From Mobula hypostoma (lineage: Eukaryota), in the NCBI RefSeq assembly GCF_963921235.1, contig NC_086097.1, positions 103,356,001 through 103,420,000 of the forward strand: 64,000 nucleotides of DNA. The letters run 5' to 3'. The translations under genes were made by a program, and so were the position numbers. Each line of letters starts with the position of its first letter. Position 1 is the first letter of the stretch. Below the pieces are notes generated by a model that did not search any database, was not told the DNA's origin, and was given only the letters and a program-made list of their open reading frames with translations. Below, piece by piece: positions 26,372 through 37,123 of the stretch.

Positions 26372-26510
26372 CATTATGGGTGGAGCTAAGGAACTGCAAT
26401 AGTTAAAAAAAAACATTATGGGAGTTATAATAGGCCCTATTTGGGGGCCTATTATAACTCCCATAATGTTTTTTTTTAACTATTGCAGTTCCTTAGCTCC
26501 ACCCATAATG
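26372..26510. repeat. Perfect 66-bp inverted repeat with a 7-nt spacer
   Basis: 26372-26437 is the exact reverse complement of 26445-26510. Confidence 0.97.
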
Positions 26511-27499
26511 ATTCACATTTTCTGACCCTATGATTCATTTACACATCCAACAGAAATTGGGAATATAGGACTTGCATGTAAAATATTCAAAAATTATTCA
26601 TAACATGAGTAAACAAAGTTTTAAAGTAGGCAAGATAAATATCGTTTAAGCATTTCTTAAATTACCAAGCCTGGTCAAAAACTGTACTGTAATCAGTAAT
26701 AAACTTTTACATCTTATTAACACAAAAAATTGCTCAGATAGTACTCTCCTTTATGAACTAAAAAAGAACATAAGAAATAGGAGCAGGAGTACGCCATCTG
26801 GCCCATCGTGCCTGCCCTGCCATTCAATAAGATATGGCTGATCTGTCCGTAAACTAGGCTCCATCGACGTGCCATAACCCTTAATTCCGGTACTTGTAAA
26901 AACCTGTCTAACTGTGTCTTAAATATATTTAGTGAAGAAGCCTCAACTGCTTCTCTGGGCAGAGAATTCCACAGATTCACTACTCTCTGGGAAAAACAGT
27001 TTCTCCTCAACTCTGTCCTAAATCTTCTCCCCTGAATCTTGAGGCAATGTCCCCTAGTTCTAGTCTCACCACTGGAAACAACTTTCCTACTTCTATCTTA
27101 TCTATTGCTTTCAAAATTTTGTATGTTTCTATAAGATCCCCTCTCATTCTTCTGAATTCCAGAGAGGATATCCCAGGTGACTCAATCTCTCCTCATAGGT
27201 TAACCCCTTCATCCCTGGAATCAACCTGGTGAACCTCCTCTGCACTGCCTCCAAAGCCAGTGTGGAGACCAGAACTGCACACAGTACTCCAGGTGCGGCC
27301 TCACCAGTACCCTGTATAGTTGCAGCATGACCTCCCTGCTCTTGAATTCAATCCCTCTACAATGAAGGCCAACATTCCATTTGCCTTCTTAATAACCTGT
27401 TGCACCGGCAAGCCAACTTTTGGCAATTCATGAACAAGTACTCCCAAGTCCCTCTTCACAACAGCATGCTGCAATCTTTCACTATTTAAATAATAAACT

Positions 27500-27968
27500 G
27501 CCCAGTGGATTATCGGCCCACCATTGAGAGAATCTACCATAAACGCTGCCTGGGCAAGGCGAAAAGCATTATCAGGGATGCATCTCACCATGACACAGCA
27601 TGGATTCAGAAAGGGCAGGTCCTGTCTGACTAGGGGACATTGCCTCAGTCACATGGACTCTTTACTCTTTACTCTCCTCCCATCCGGTAGGTGCTACAGG
27701 AGCCTCCACTCCCGCACCAGCAGGCACAGGAAGAGCTTCTTCCCTGAGGCTGTGACACTGCTGAACCTCTCATCACAGCACTAAGCAATATTGCATCTGT
27801 ATTGTACTGTCTCAGTACTTTTATATTTGTGTGCTGAAGCACTTTTTTTTATTTTCAGTTATTTTGTAAATAACACTATTCTTTGCATTTCTGGTCAGAT
27901 GCTAAATGCACTTCATTGGCTTTGTATCTGTACTCGGCACAATGACAATAAAGTTGAATCTAATCTAA
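27500..27968 (+). mobile_element. Rex1/Babar-type 3' fragment inserted in CR1
   Basis: LFTLLPSGRCYRSLHSRTSRHRKSFFPEAV followed by an AATAAAGTTG(AATCT)n tail. Confidence 0.8.
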
Positions 27969-28281
27969 TCTAATATTATTCCTTCCAAAGTGGACGATCT
28001 CACATTTACCAACGTTGTATTCCATCTGCCAGACCTTGGCCCACTCACTTAACCTATCTATATTCCTCTGCAGACTCTCCAGATCCTCTGTACAATTTGC
28101 TTTTCCACTCAGTTTAGTGTCATAAGCAAATTTTGCTACGCTACACTCAGTCCCCTCTTCCAAATCATCAGTGTAAATGGTAAACAGCTGCGGGCCCAGC
28201 ATCGACCCCTGCGGCACCCCACTCACCACTGACTGCCAACCGGAGAACCACCCATTTATACCAACTCTCTGCCTTCTGTTG

Positions 28282-28459
28282 TCCCGCTTGGTGGTGCAAT
28301 AATATCAGCGCCAGATCCCGGACCGAAGGTTCCCGAGTTCGAATCCAAGTCGGGTTGAGTGTCGAGCCAATAAAAACAAGAATAGCTTGCTACGGAAGTT
28401 CCGTCATGACGGTGCCCTGATAACTCCACTGCCGAGTTAAGGGCTATTCTTCTTCTTCT
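28282..28459 (+). mobile_element. Short tRNA-derived SINE with (TTC)n tail
   Basis: A-box-like TGGTGCAATAAT and B-box GAGTTCGAATCC. TSD TCTCTGCCTTCT(G/A)TTG at 28266-28281 and 28460-28475. Confidence 0.8.
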
Positions 28460-30419
28460 TCTCTGCCTTCTATTGGTTAACCAATTCACTATCCATGCCA
28501 ATACACTTCCTCCAACTCCATGCTTCCGTATCTTATTTATAAGTCTTTTGTGTGGCACCTTATCAAATGCCTTCTGGAAATCCAAGTATGTGACATCCAC
28601 CTATTCCCCTCTATCCACTGCACTCATTATGTCCTCAAAGAACTCCAGTAAGTTTGTCAGACAGGACCTGCCCTTTCTGAATCCATGCTGTGTCTGTCTA
28701 ATGGAACCACTCTTTTCTAAACGTTTCGCTATTTCTTCCTAAATGACAGCTTCAAGCATTTTCCTGACTACAGGTGTTAAGCTAACTGACCCATAGTTGC
28801 CCATCTTTTGCCTGCATCCTTTTTTAAAAAGTGGTGTTACATTTGCTGTCTTCCATTCCGCCAGGACCTGCCCAGTGTCTAGAGAGTTTTGATAAATGAT
28901 TACCAACGCGTCTACTATAACCTCCGCCAATTTCTTCATGATGCATCCCATCTGGACCAGGGGACTTATCTACCTTCAGGCCCTCTAGTTTGCTCATCAC
29001 TATCTCTTTAGTGACAGTGATTTTATCGAGGTCCTCACTTCCCATTTTGTTTATAACATCCTTCTTTGGCATATTAGACGTGTCCTCCACCATGAAGACT
29101 GACATAAAATAGTCGTTCATTGCCTCAGCCATTTCCTTGGAACCAATATCAATTTCCCCTTCTCGTCTTCCAAGGGATCTATATTGACTTGAGCCACCCT
29201 CTTCCGCTTTATATATTTATAAAAACTTATGCTGTCTGTTTTTATATTTTGTGTTAATTTACTTTCATACTCTATCTTCCCTTTCCTTATTTCTTGTTTA
29301 GTTGTTCTCTGTTGCTTTTTAAAGTTTTCCCAATCCTCCAGTCTCCCAACTCTTTGTGACTTTGTACACATGAGCTTTTAATTTGATACTATCTTTTATT
29401 TCCTTAGTTATCCAAGGCTGGCTCTCCCCACACTTACTGCCCTTACTTTTGACTGGAATATACTTTTGTTGAGCACTGTGAAAAATCTCTTTGAAAGTAT
29501 TCCACTGTTCCTCAACTGTCCTACCAAATAGCCTGTGCTCCCAATCCACATTAGCCAACTCCTTCCTCATCCCGTTGTAGTCTCCCTTGTTCGAGTATAA
29601 TACACTAGTTTTAGATCTAACTATTTCATCCTCCATCTGAATGCGAAATTGAATCACTCTTTCCAAGAGGATCCCTGACGACAAGATCGTTAATCTTACC
29701 TGTCTCATTGCACAGGACTAGATCTAATATAGTATTTTCCCTTGTAGGTTCACTAACAAGCTGCTCAAGAAAGCCATCACGGATGCATTCTATGAAGTCC
29801 TCCTCCAGATTTCCTTAACCAACCTGATTCACCCAATTTATGTGGAAGTTAAACTCCCCCATGACAACTCCCATTCCGTTCTTACAAGCCTCAGTTATTT
29901 CTTGGTTAATCGCCTCTACCACTGCAATATTTTTTTTAGGTGGCTTGTAGACAACACCCACCAGTTTTTTTTTTCCTTTACTGTTCTTAATCTCTACCCA
30001 GGCGGTCTCAACATTCTGTTCTGTAGATCTTATATCGTCTCTCACAATTGCCCTGATCTCATCCTTAATTAAGAGTGCCACCTCCTTTGCCTTCCTGCCT
30101 ATCTTTCCATATTACCTGATACCCTTGGATATTTAATTCCCAGTCATCTCCATCTTGCAACCAGGTTTCTGTAATGGCCACTAAATCATATGCCTTGGTA
30201 CTGATCTGTGCCTCAAGTTCACTAACCTCGTTTCTAATACTACGGGCATTTAGATAAATTGCCCTTATACTCATTGTCCTTTTAGAATCTAGTGACCTAG
30301 ACGATTTTTGCTTTTTATTTTTATGCACTCTACTCTTACTTTTTTTCCATTAACTCTAGCTTTGGTCTCTGCATCACTTCCATCTTCTTTTCTGTGTTGG
30401 TTCCCATCCCCCTACCATA

Positions 30420-31355
30420 TTAGTTTAAAGTCTCCCCAACAGCACTGGCAAACAATCTCCCTAGGACATTGTTCCTGGCTCTGCCCAGATGTACACCGTC
30501 CGGATGGTACTGGTCCCACCTCCCCCATAAGCAGTTCCAATGCCCCAAGAATCTGAAACTCTCCCTCCTGCACCACTGCTCAAGCCACATATTCACTCTA
30601 GCTATCCTGCTATTCCAACTCTGGCTAGCATGTGGCACCGGTAATAATCCTGAGATTTTTACCTTTGAGGTCCTACTCTTTAATTTATCTCCTAGCTCCC
30701 TAAATTCAGCTTGTAGGAGCTCATCCCGCTTTCTTCCTATATCGTTAATACCTACATACACCACGACAGCTGGCTGCTCACCCTCGCCTTTCAGAATGCC
30801 CTGCAGCCTCTCTGAGACATCTCTGACCCTTGCACCCGGGAGGCAACACACCATATGGGAGTCCCGTTTGCGGCCACAGAAGCTCCTTTCTATTCCCCTT
30901 ACCATGGAATCCCCTACCACAACAGCTCCGCCACTCTTTTTCTTACCCTCGTACGCAGCAGAGCCATGATCCTGGCTACTGCTGCCTTCACCTGATGAGC
31001 CATCTCCCCCAACAGACTCCAAAGCGGTATATCTGTTTTGGAGGGAGATGACTGCAGGAGACTCCTGTACTACCTTCCTGCAACTACTCATCCTGTTGGT
31101 CACCCATTCCCTATCTTTCCTTAGATCCTTAAACTGTGGTGTGACCAACTCACTAACTGTGCTATCCACAACATTCTCAGCATCTCGGATGCTCCAAAGT
31201 GAGTCCATGCGCAGCTCCAGTGCTGCCATGTGGTCTATCAGGAGCTGTGGATGGACACACTTCCTGCATGCGTAGTCTTCAGGGACACTGTCAGCCTCCC
31301 TGAGTTCCCACATGTCACAGGAGGAGCATGGCATGGGTCTGAGCTCACCTGCCAT
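30420..31355 (-). CDS. CR1 ORF1 protein: N-terminal zinc finger plus SGNH esterase (open, 311 aa from MAGELR)
   Basis: CSSC...CRKC zinc finger and SGNH blocks VVGDS, CLPGA, VGINDIG and DGVHL. Confidence 0.85.
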   Translation of the reverse strand: MAGELRPMPCSSCDMWELREADSVPEDYACRKCVHPQLLIDHMAALELRMDSLWSIRDAENVVDSTVSELVTPQFKDLRKDREWVTNRMSSCRKVVQESPAVISLQNRYTALESVGGDGSSGEGSSSQDHGSAAYEGKKKSGGAVVVGDSMVRGIERSFCGRKRDSHMVCCLPGARVRDVSERLQGILKGEGEQPAVVVYVGINDIGRKRDELLQAEFRELGDKLKSRTSKVKISGLLPVPHASQSWNSRIARVNMWLEQWCRRESFRFLGHWNCLWGRWDQYHPDGVHLGRARNNVLGRLFASAVGETLN

Positions 31356-31917
31356 GTCAGAGCAATGGATGTTAGCAGAAGAGGACCACAGGAAAAAGGG
31401 AAGAGCCCGCTGGGGTAGTTGAAGACTGTCATCTGTGAATCTCTGCGAATCAGTTCTTCGCCTTGACCCTTCTTCACCGAAGCCGCGTTTGAGCCAAAGC
31501 CCTATCACTCTGCTACCCTCTCACTCCGCTGCCCACTGTATAGGGCAGTCTTTTTAAACTGTTCCCGCTCTCTACTGGCTGACATCAAGCGCCTGCGCAG
31601 TCTTGCCTTTCTTTACCCCGAGTAGTAAACTGCCTTCTCTCCGAAAATCCTGTCAGACGTTCCACTCACAGCCTTCTTGCTTCGATGGCACAAGCATAAG
31701 AAAGACAGCACAAAATTGTATACATGTTCTTCAGCCTTACAGAAAAACTTTATTAAAAAACAATAATGACTGCCTTCCTGTTGTGGTCCAACTGAATTTC
31801 AAAATAAAAGCCAGCAGGGTAATTACTTAATAACTATAAGCCTAAACACCTTGAGTGAAGAAACTAACTGTTAGTCCTAACTGTGTATATAAATAAGTAA
31901 CAGATGGGATACAAATT

Positions 31918-32750
31918 TGGCGAGACCCGATGCAGACTGGGAGATCATTTTGCTGAACACCTACGCTCTGTATGCCAGAGAAAGCAGGATCTCCCAGTGG
32001 CCGCACATTTTAATTCCACATCCCATTCCCATTCTGATATGACTATTCGCGGCCTCCTCTACTGTAAAGATGAAGCCACACTCAGGCTGAAGGAACAAGA
32101 CCTTATATTCTGTCTGGGTAGCCTCCAACCTGATGGCATGAACATTGACTACTTTAACTTCCGTTAATGCCCCACCTTCCCCTCGTACCCCATCCGTTAT
32201 TAATTTATATACACACATTCTTTCTCTCTCTCTCCTTTTTCTCCCGATGTCTCTCTGACTATACCCCTTGCCCATCCTCTGGGTTTTTCCCCCCTCCCCC
32301 TTTTCCTTCTCCCTGGGTCTCCTGTCCCATGATCCTTTCATATCTCTTTTTCCAATCACCTGTCCAGCTCTTGGTTCCATCCCTCCCCCTCCTATCTTCT
32401 CCTATCATTTTGGATCTCCCCCTCTCCCTCCCACTTTCAAATCTCTTACTAGCTGTTCCTTCAGTTAGTCCTGATGAAGGGTCTTGGCCCGAAATGTTGA
32501 CTGTACCTCTTCCTAGAGATGCTGCCTGGCCTGCTGCGTTCACCAGCAACTTTGATGTGTGTTGATTTAAAATTTCAGTTCATTTTGTTTGTTGGTGTTT
32601 GGTAGTTTTTGGGAGTGGGCAGAATGGTCCTGCCAAAGTGTCTAGGCCAGAAATGCTGATTGTACTATTTTCCATAGATGCTGCCTGGCCTGTTGAGTTC
32701 CTCCAGCATGTTGCTTGGATTTCCAGCATCTGCAGATTTTCTCTTGTTTG
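31918..32750 (+). mobile_element. Penelope-like 3' end (GIY-YIG C-terminal part plus terminal repeat) and an adjacent older terminus
   Basis: GETRCRLGDHFAEHLRSV...LKEQDLIFCLGSLQPDGMNI, then the terminal repeat to 32565. A second decayed terminus lies at about 32625-32750. Confidence 0.88.
32467..32503 (+). ncRNA. Minimal hammerhead-ribozyme motif
   Basis: AGUC-CUGAUGA-A-GGGUCUUGGCCC-GAAA-U-GUU|GACUG: intact core with stem I AGUC/GACU. Confidence 0.7.
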
Positions 32751-33075
32751 AGAATGGTGGAATAATGGATTTGATTGTATAGAAAAACAATTAAACCAGA
32801 TTTTCACTTGAGAAAATGAACCGGCATAAAATACGCACAGAACAATATTCTAAGAGTGATATTTTCAAGGAAGAATAGAGGTTTGAGTAAGTATTGAGGC
32901 AGTGCCAAGTCCTAACTTGCTAACGTTCAACCCTTTTCAGACCACTTGGTTAGGATCTGTAGATATTTTCTAAATAAGTTGTGTTAATATTCTTTATTAT
33001 TATTACATTTTTACCTTGTTAACAATACGGATCATTTTTGTTGTAATATTTACTTGTTTACTTTTGTTCCTTTAG

Positions 33076-33219
33076 GATGAGAAGGCACATTTTGCCTCAG
33101 TCTTGATAACAGCAAGATTACTGGCTAAGTTTCTTGGTTTTCTTACCTTCCTTCCTTATCGTACTGGAGATCGACCAACGAGAGAAATGCAAGAGGCTAG
33201 TATTTCTCTGAGGAACAAG
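33076..33219 (+). CDS. CDAN1: Codanin-1 exon D (144 nt, phase 0 to 0): DEKAHFASVLITARLLAKFLGFLTFLPYRTGDRPTREMQEASISLRNK
   Basis: Acceptor ttgttcctttag and donor AAG|gtatgg. Contains the codanin-1 motif RLLAKFLGFxxFLPYR. Confidence 0.95.
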
Positions 33220-33330
33220 GTATGGATTTTTTTTGCTGGTGTAGCATTTTAGATGTTTGTGTTGCTATTTCTCATCCGAGCAATTAATTTTTATAAAACC
33301 ACATTCCTTAAATAATTGAAAACTTTTTCA

Positions 33331-33476
33331 GATCTCCCCCTCCCACTTTCAAATCTCTTACTATCTCTTCTTTCAGCTAGTCCTGATGAAAGGTCTTGGC
33401 CCGAAATATCGACTGTACTTCTTCCTATAGATGCTGCCTGGCCTGCTGTGTTCACCAGCAATTTTTATGTGTGTTA
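33331..33476 (+). mobile_element. Penelope-like terminal fragment
   Basis: Same terminal sequence as 10650-10810 and 32410-32565. Confidence 0.85.
33379..33415 (+). ncRNA. Minimal hammerhead-ribozyme motif
   Basis: AGUC-CUGAUGA-A-AGGUCUUGGCCC-GAAA-U-AUC|GACUG: intact core with a weakened stem II base. Confidence 0.6.
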
Positions 33477-34612
33477 ATTAAAAATACTAATTCCCTGTTT
33501 CATTCTTTACAATGTGTCAGTGATTTTCCCCTAATATTTATTTTCTCATTTCTAACATTGCGGCAGGTTTGTTCTTCATGGATAATATTTGAAAAGTAAA
33601 CTTGTAAATGTGATAGAGACCTCTTGTTTAATTATTCACAAGCGGGACTTGTTTTAAAAAATAAGTACAAGTTAAGGTGACACTTTATCTCTAAGCATCC
33701 TCTTTTAATGCACAGGAACATTTAAAAAACTATTTGATTTAAAGAAATATTTTGCAACATTGATTCACACCATCATGGAACCATTGAACTGGATCCATCC
33801 ATGTCCAGCTAAAGTAATGGTGGAGAATTGTAGAAACTAACAAGGGATGGCTGATGGCTGAAAGTTGATAAAGAATGAGAAATAGAAAATGGTTGTAAAA
33901 AGTGATACACAAACAAATCTTGAAAACTTATCATTTGTAACGAGGAAAGGAAGATCAAAGGTATTGGGAATGGGAAAATGTCACAACCTCAGGATGAGGT
34001 ACCACCAATTTAAGACTGAGAGCTTTGGGTCAGTTGCAAATTACAGCCAAAGCAGAGAGATGTTTGGGCATTTAGAAAATCATGGGATATTGAGATTGGA
34101 AAGAAAATTGCTGACAATTAGATCGACCATTATCTTATTGATTGGTGGAGTGAGTTCAAGGGTCCACATCACCTACTGCTATCCATAATCCTTCTGTAGC
34201 TATCTCTGGACTCACAAACTGACTTTGGTATCGTATCCATCTTTCTATCCATCTGGTCATTGTCTGTTGGAATTCCATTCCCATCAAGTGTATTTCTCCT
34301 GTAAGGCTGTTTTGAAAATCATCTTCAGGGTTTTGTTCCTCTTATCTCTTCTCTGCCTGCATCCAAATTTCTCTGATTGTGCCTTTGTTCATTTTTTTTT
34401 TGCTGTGTAAATTCAGCTTGTTGTTTGTAGCAGCTTTGCTTTATTATCTAAGACAAGTTGCAAAATATCTTCCCCCACAAACCCCTTGATTCCTCTGAAG
34501 GCTTATCTAGAATAGTTATTCTTTAAGAAAAGTCTAACTGAGATTCTGCGTTTATTAAACTATAAGTCACAACATTTGGCATGTTGAGTTTTTTTTGTTA
34601 TTACCTGCCCAG

Positions 34613-34779
34613 AGTCTGCCTGTTCTAAATATATACGACTTACTGAGAAGGTCAATTAAAAATGGACGTACTATTCTAACTGTACCCTGGGTGGTGGAGT
34701 TTCTGAGCATGATGGACAATGTGGCACCATTCCTGGATTGTTACCGCAAAGTGTTTACGCTCATCTTGCATTTATACAG
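34613..34779 (+). CDS. CDAN1: Codanin-1 exon E (167 nt, phase 0 to 2): SLPVLNIYDLLRRSIKNGRTILTVPWVVEFLSMMDNVAPFLDCYRKVFTLILHLY(R)
   Basis: Acceptor ttacctgcccag and donor AG|gtgagt. Matches the LTVPWLVEFLS motif of codanin-1. Confidence 0.95.
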
Positions 34780-34929
34780 GTGAGTGTCAGGAGGAGGTAG
34801 CTGAGTACATTTGCTTCCTTTTTTTCAATTCCTTTGTAAAGTAGGAAGCTGGATACCTAATATGCCGTAGGCTTGGTGTTTGCAAGTTCTTAGGTCCCTG
34901 AGCTTGGTTGTCTTTATAGGCAGAGGTGT

Positions 34930-35470
34930 CGAGGATAGGAGTTGGGGCATCATGTTGCAATTGTACGAGATGTTAGTTAGACTGCATTTAGAATATTATG
35001 TGCAGTTCTGATGACCATGCTATCGAAAGGATGTGGCAGGGCAAGAATCAGTGAAGCGATTCACCAGAATGTTGCCTAGAATGTTGGGCCTTAGTTACAA
35101 GGAGAGATTAGATAGCCTGGGTGTGTTCTAAATGGAGTGCTGAAGGCTGAGGGTAACTTTGTAGAGGTTCATGAACAATATGAAGGGTATAGATAGAGTA
35201 AGTAGTATTTCTTTAAAGCTAGAGGGTGTATGTTAAGGTGTGAAGGTCAGATTCCTCTCACGCAGGATGGTGGGTATGTGGAATGAACTGCCAGACCAGG
35301 TGGTTAGAGGCAGTTACATTACAATGTTTAAAAAGCAATGTAAAAGTACATGGAAAGGAATGGAAAATAAGGATATGGGGCAACAAGATGGAATTAATGA
35401 AGATAGACGTCTCAGTTGGTTTGGACAGGTCAGCCTGAATGGCCTGTTTCTATGCTGTCGAACTCTGACC
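34930..35470 (+). mobile_element. Old CR1 3' fragment
   Basis: Degenerate LVRLHLEY.VQF, YKERLD.LG and RMVGMWNELP text. Confidence 0.7.
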
Positions 35471-36862
35471 CTCTACGTCCCTATCGGTTGACAAGGATTT
35501 TTATGAAGGTGTAATCCCATTGCTTGAACAGTTACGTCTGTCTCAACATATCATGTTGTAAGGTAGGGAGTGACAAAACTAAAGTTGGTATTACAGGATT
35601 AAATGATGTATTGAAGTTCTTCAGTATCTAAAAGTAAACAAGTGGGGATCTTTTAAAACAATACAAAGTATTAATGCCTTAGAAATTGCAAATAACATCA
35701 GTTTTGATATTCTTTCATGTGAAGTGGGTGCTGGTGGCAATTTATTGCCTGTCCCAAGCAGCTAGGTAAAGTCTGAGAGCAAGTCCAAGGAAACAAATAT
35801 TGTAGGTTTGGGGGTCATGTACATCAGATCAAGTAAAGAGAGAAGATTCCTTCCCAAAGGATGTTGGCGAGCAAGGTAGCTTTATTATGAGTATTTGGTG
35901 TTTTCTTGGTAACCAGTATAATTTTCATTCCTGATTTACTTGATTAAAGTACACTTTCTCTGTAACTGTAACATTCTGCGCTTTGCTTCCGTTTTATGTT
36001 ATACTACCTCAAAGCACTGTTGGAATCGATTGATCTGTATGAATGGTATGCAACACAGGTTTTCCACTGTGACAATAATAAATCAATCAGTAAATAAATA
36101 AATATCAGCACTTTCTGTAATGGAATTTGTGCTGTCTTCAGATCGTTAGGCCTGATGACTAGATTGCAGTCCCAGTCTCTTGGGGTTTTCTACGAAGACC
36201 AGAGGAGGTGGAAGTCTTAGACTTGCTCTGAAAAGTGTTGGATGAAATTGTGTAATCCTGGATGGGAAAGTGAATATTGCTGAATCTTAACTCTAGTTGT
36301 CATTGCTTTTTCATATGCAACCCGAACGATGAGGGGATTTATGAATGATTGCAACATATGTGGGATTTACTTTTTAACCAACGTAGTGAAATTTGAGAAA
36401 GAGCCTGTAATTACATTGTACCTTTCATTTCCCAGGAATTTCTGTCACCAGTAAATTTGGTTTGTTACTGTGCAGTCAAAATAATATATAACAAATGGGC
36501 TGCCAATTATTGTGATGCAACGCCCTACAAACACCAAATGAAAATATTTTTTAAAAACTGATCCTGAACAGTATTATGTTATTGTAGCAGTATGTTTCTC
36601 TATGGCTGTAGGTGCAAAAATGGATGAATTAATCTGAAGCTGACATATAATCAGAATAATTAATTTCATTAATATAAAATGAGATCAATACATTTAACAA
36701 AAAGGCTGAATCCAGAAACGCCACTAATTTATATTAAAAATGCAGTGATTATCTAGTGCATGTGAAGGTATTGTTCACTTGCAAGGAGAATGGAGAACAG
36801 AAGTACAGCATCTGCAGGTTATTTTGACATCAGCTAAAATGTTGTTCTGGTTAAACAAACAG

Positions 36863-36944
36863 ATGTTTGGTTCTAAGAGATGGACAGAAGAAACATTACC
36901 TGAACAAGCTGTTGATCCTTGCTGTATTGGGGTGGCTTTTCCAG
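36863..36944 (+). CDS. CDAN1: Codanin-1 exon F (82 nt, phase 2 to 0): (R)CLVLRDGQKKHYLNKLLILAVLGWLFQ
   Basis: Donor CAG|gtaaat. The acceptor ttaaacaaacag is pyrimidine-poor. Peptide matches LNKLLLLAVLGWLFQ. Confidence 0.92.
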
Positions 36945-37123
36945 GTAAATAACTAATGTTAAAATATTTGATTTAGAATTCGAAAGCTAGTTCTGTTTTT
37001 ATTTAATATGCTTTTCAAATGTTTGATGGTTTTTCATTTATAAATTTAGCAATTTGCTAGTAGGAATTATTGAGCTGCCAGTGACTTTGGTATTTTTTTT
37101 CTGGGAATACCTTCACCATGTAG

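Larger units (their letters stand above)
23842..26530 (-). mobile_element. Decayed CR1 LINE (same family as 6860-11395 and 39430-42230); its RT region is occupied by a younger CR1
   Basis: Shares its tail and ORF2 text with those copies (KVDKSPGPDGLHPRVL, KEFVECLQDGF). Confidence 0.85.
26765..31680 (-). mobile_element. Essentially full-length CR1 LINE (open ORF1, fragmented ORF2) carrying Rex and SINE insertions
   Basis: ORF1 esterase, endonuclease IYLNARSIRN...ITETWL, RT YLDFQKAFDKVPH and a 3' tail near 26765. The 5' boundary is approximate. Confidence 0.9.

Noticed and set aside
28282..28350. tRNA-like A and B boxes as a tRNA gene
   Set aside because: No convincing cloverleaf, and it continues into a body, a TTC tail and a TSD. 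It is a SINE head.
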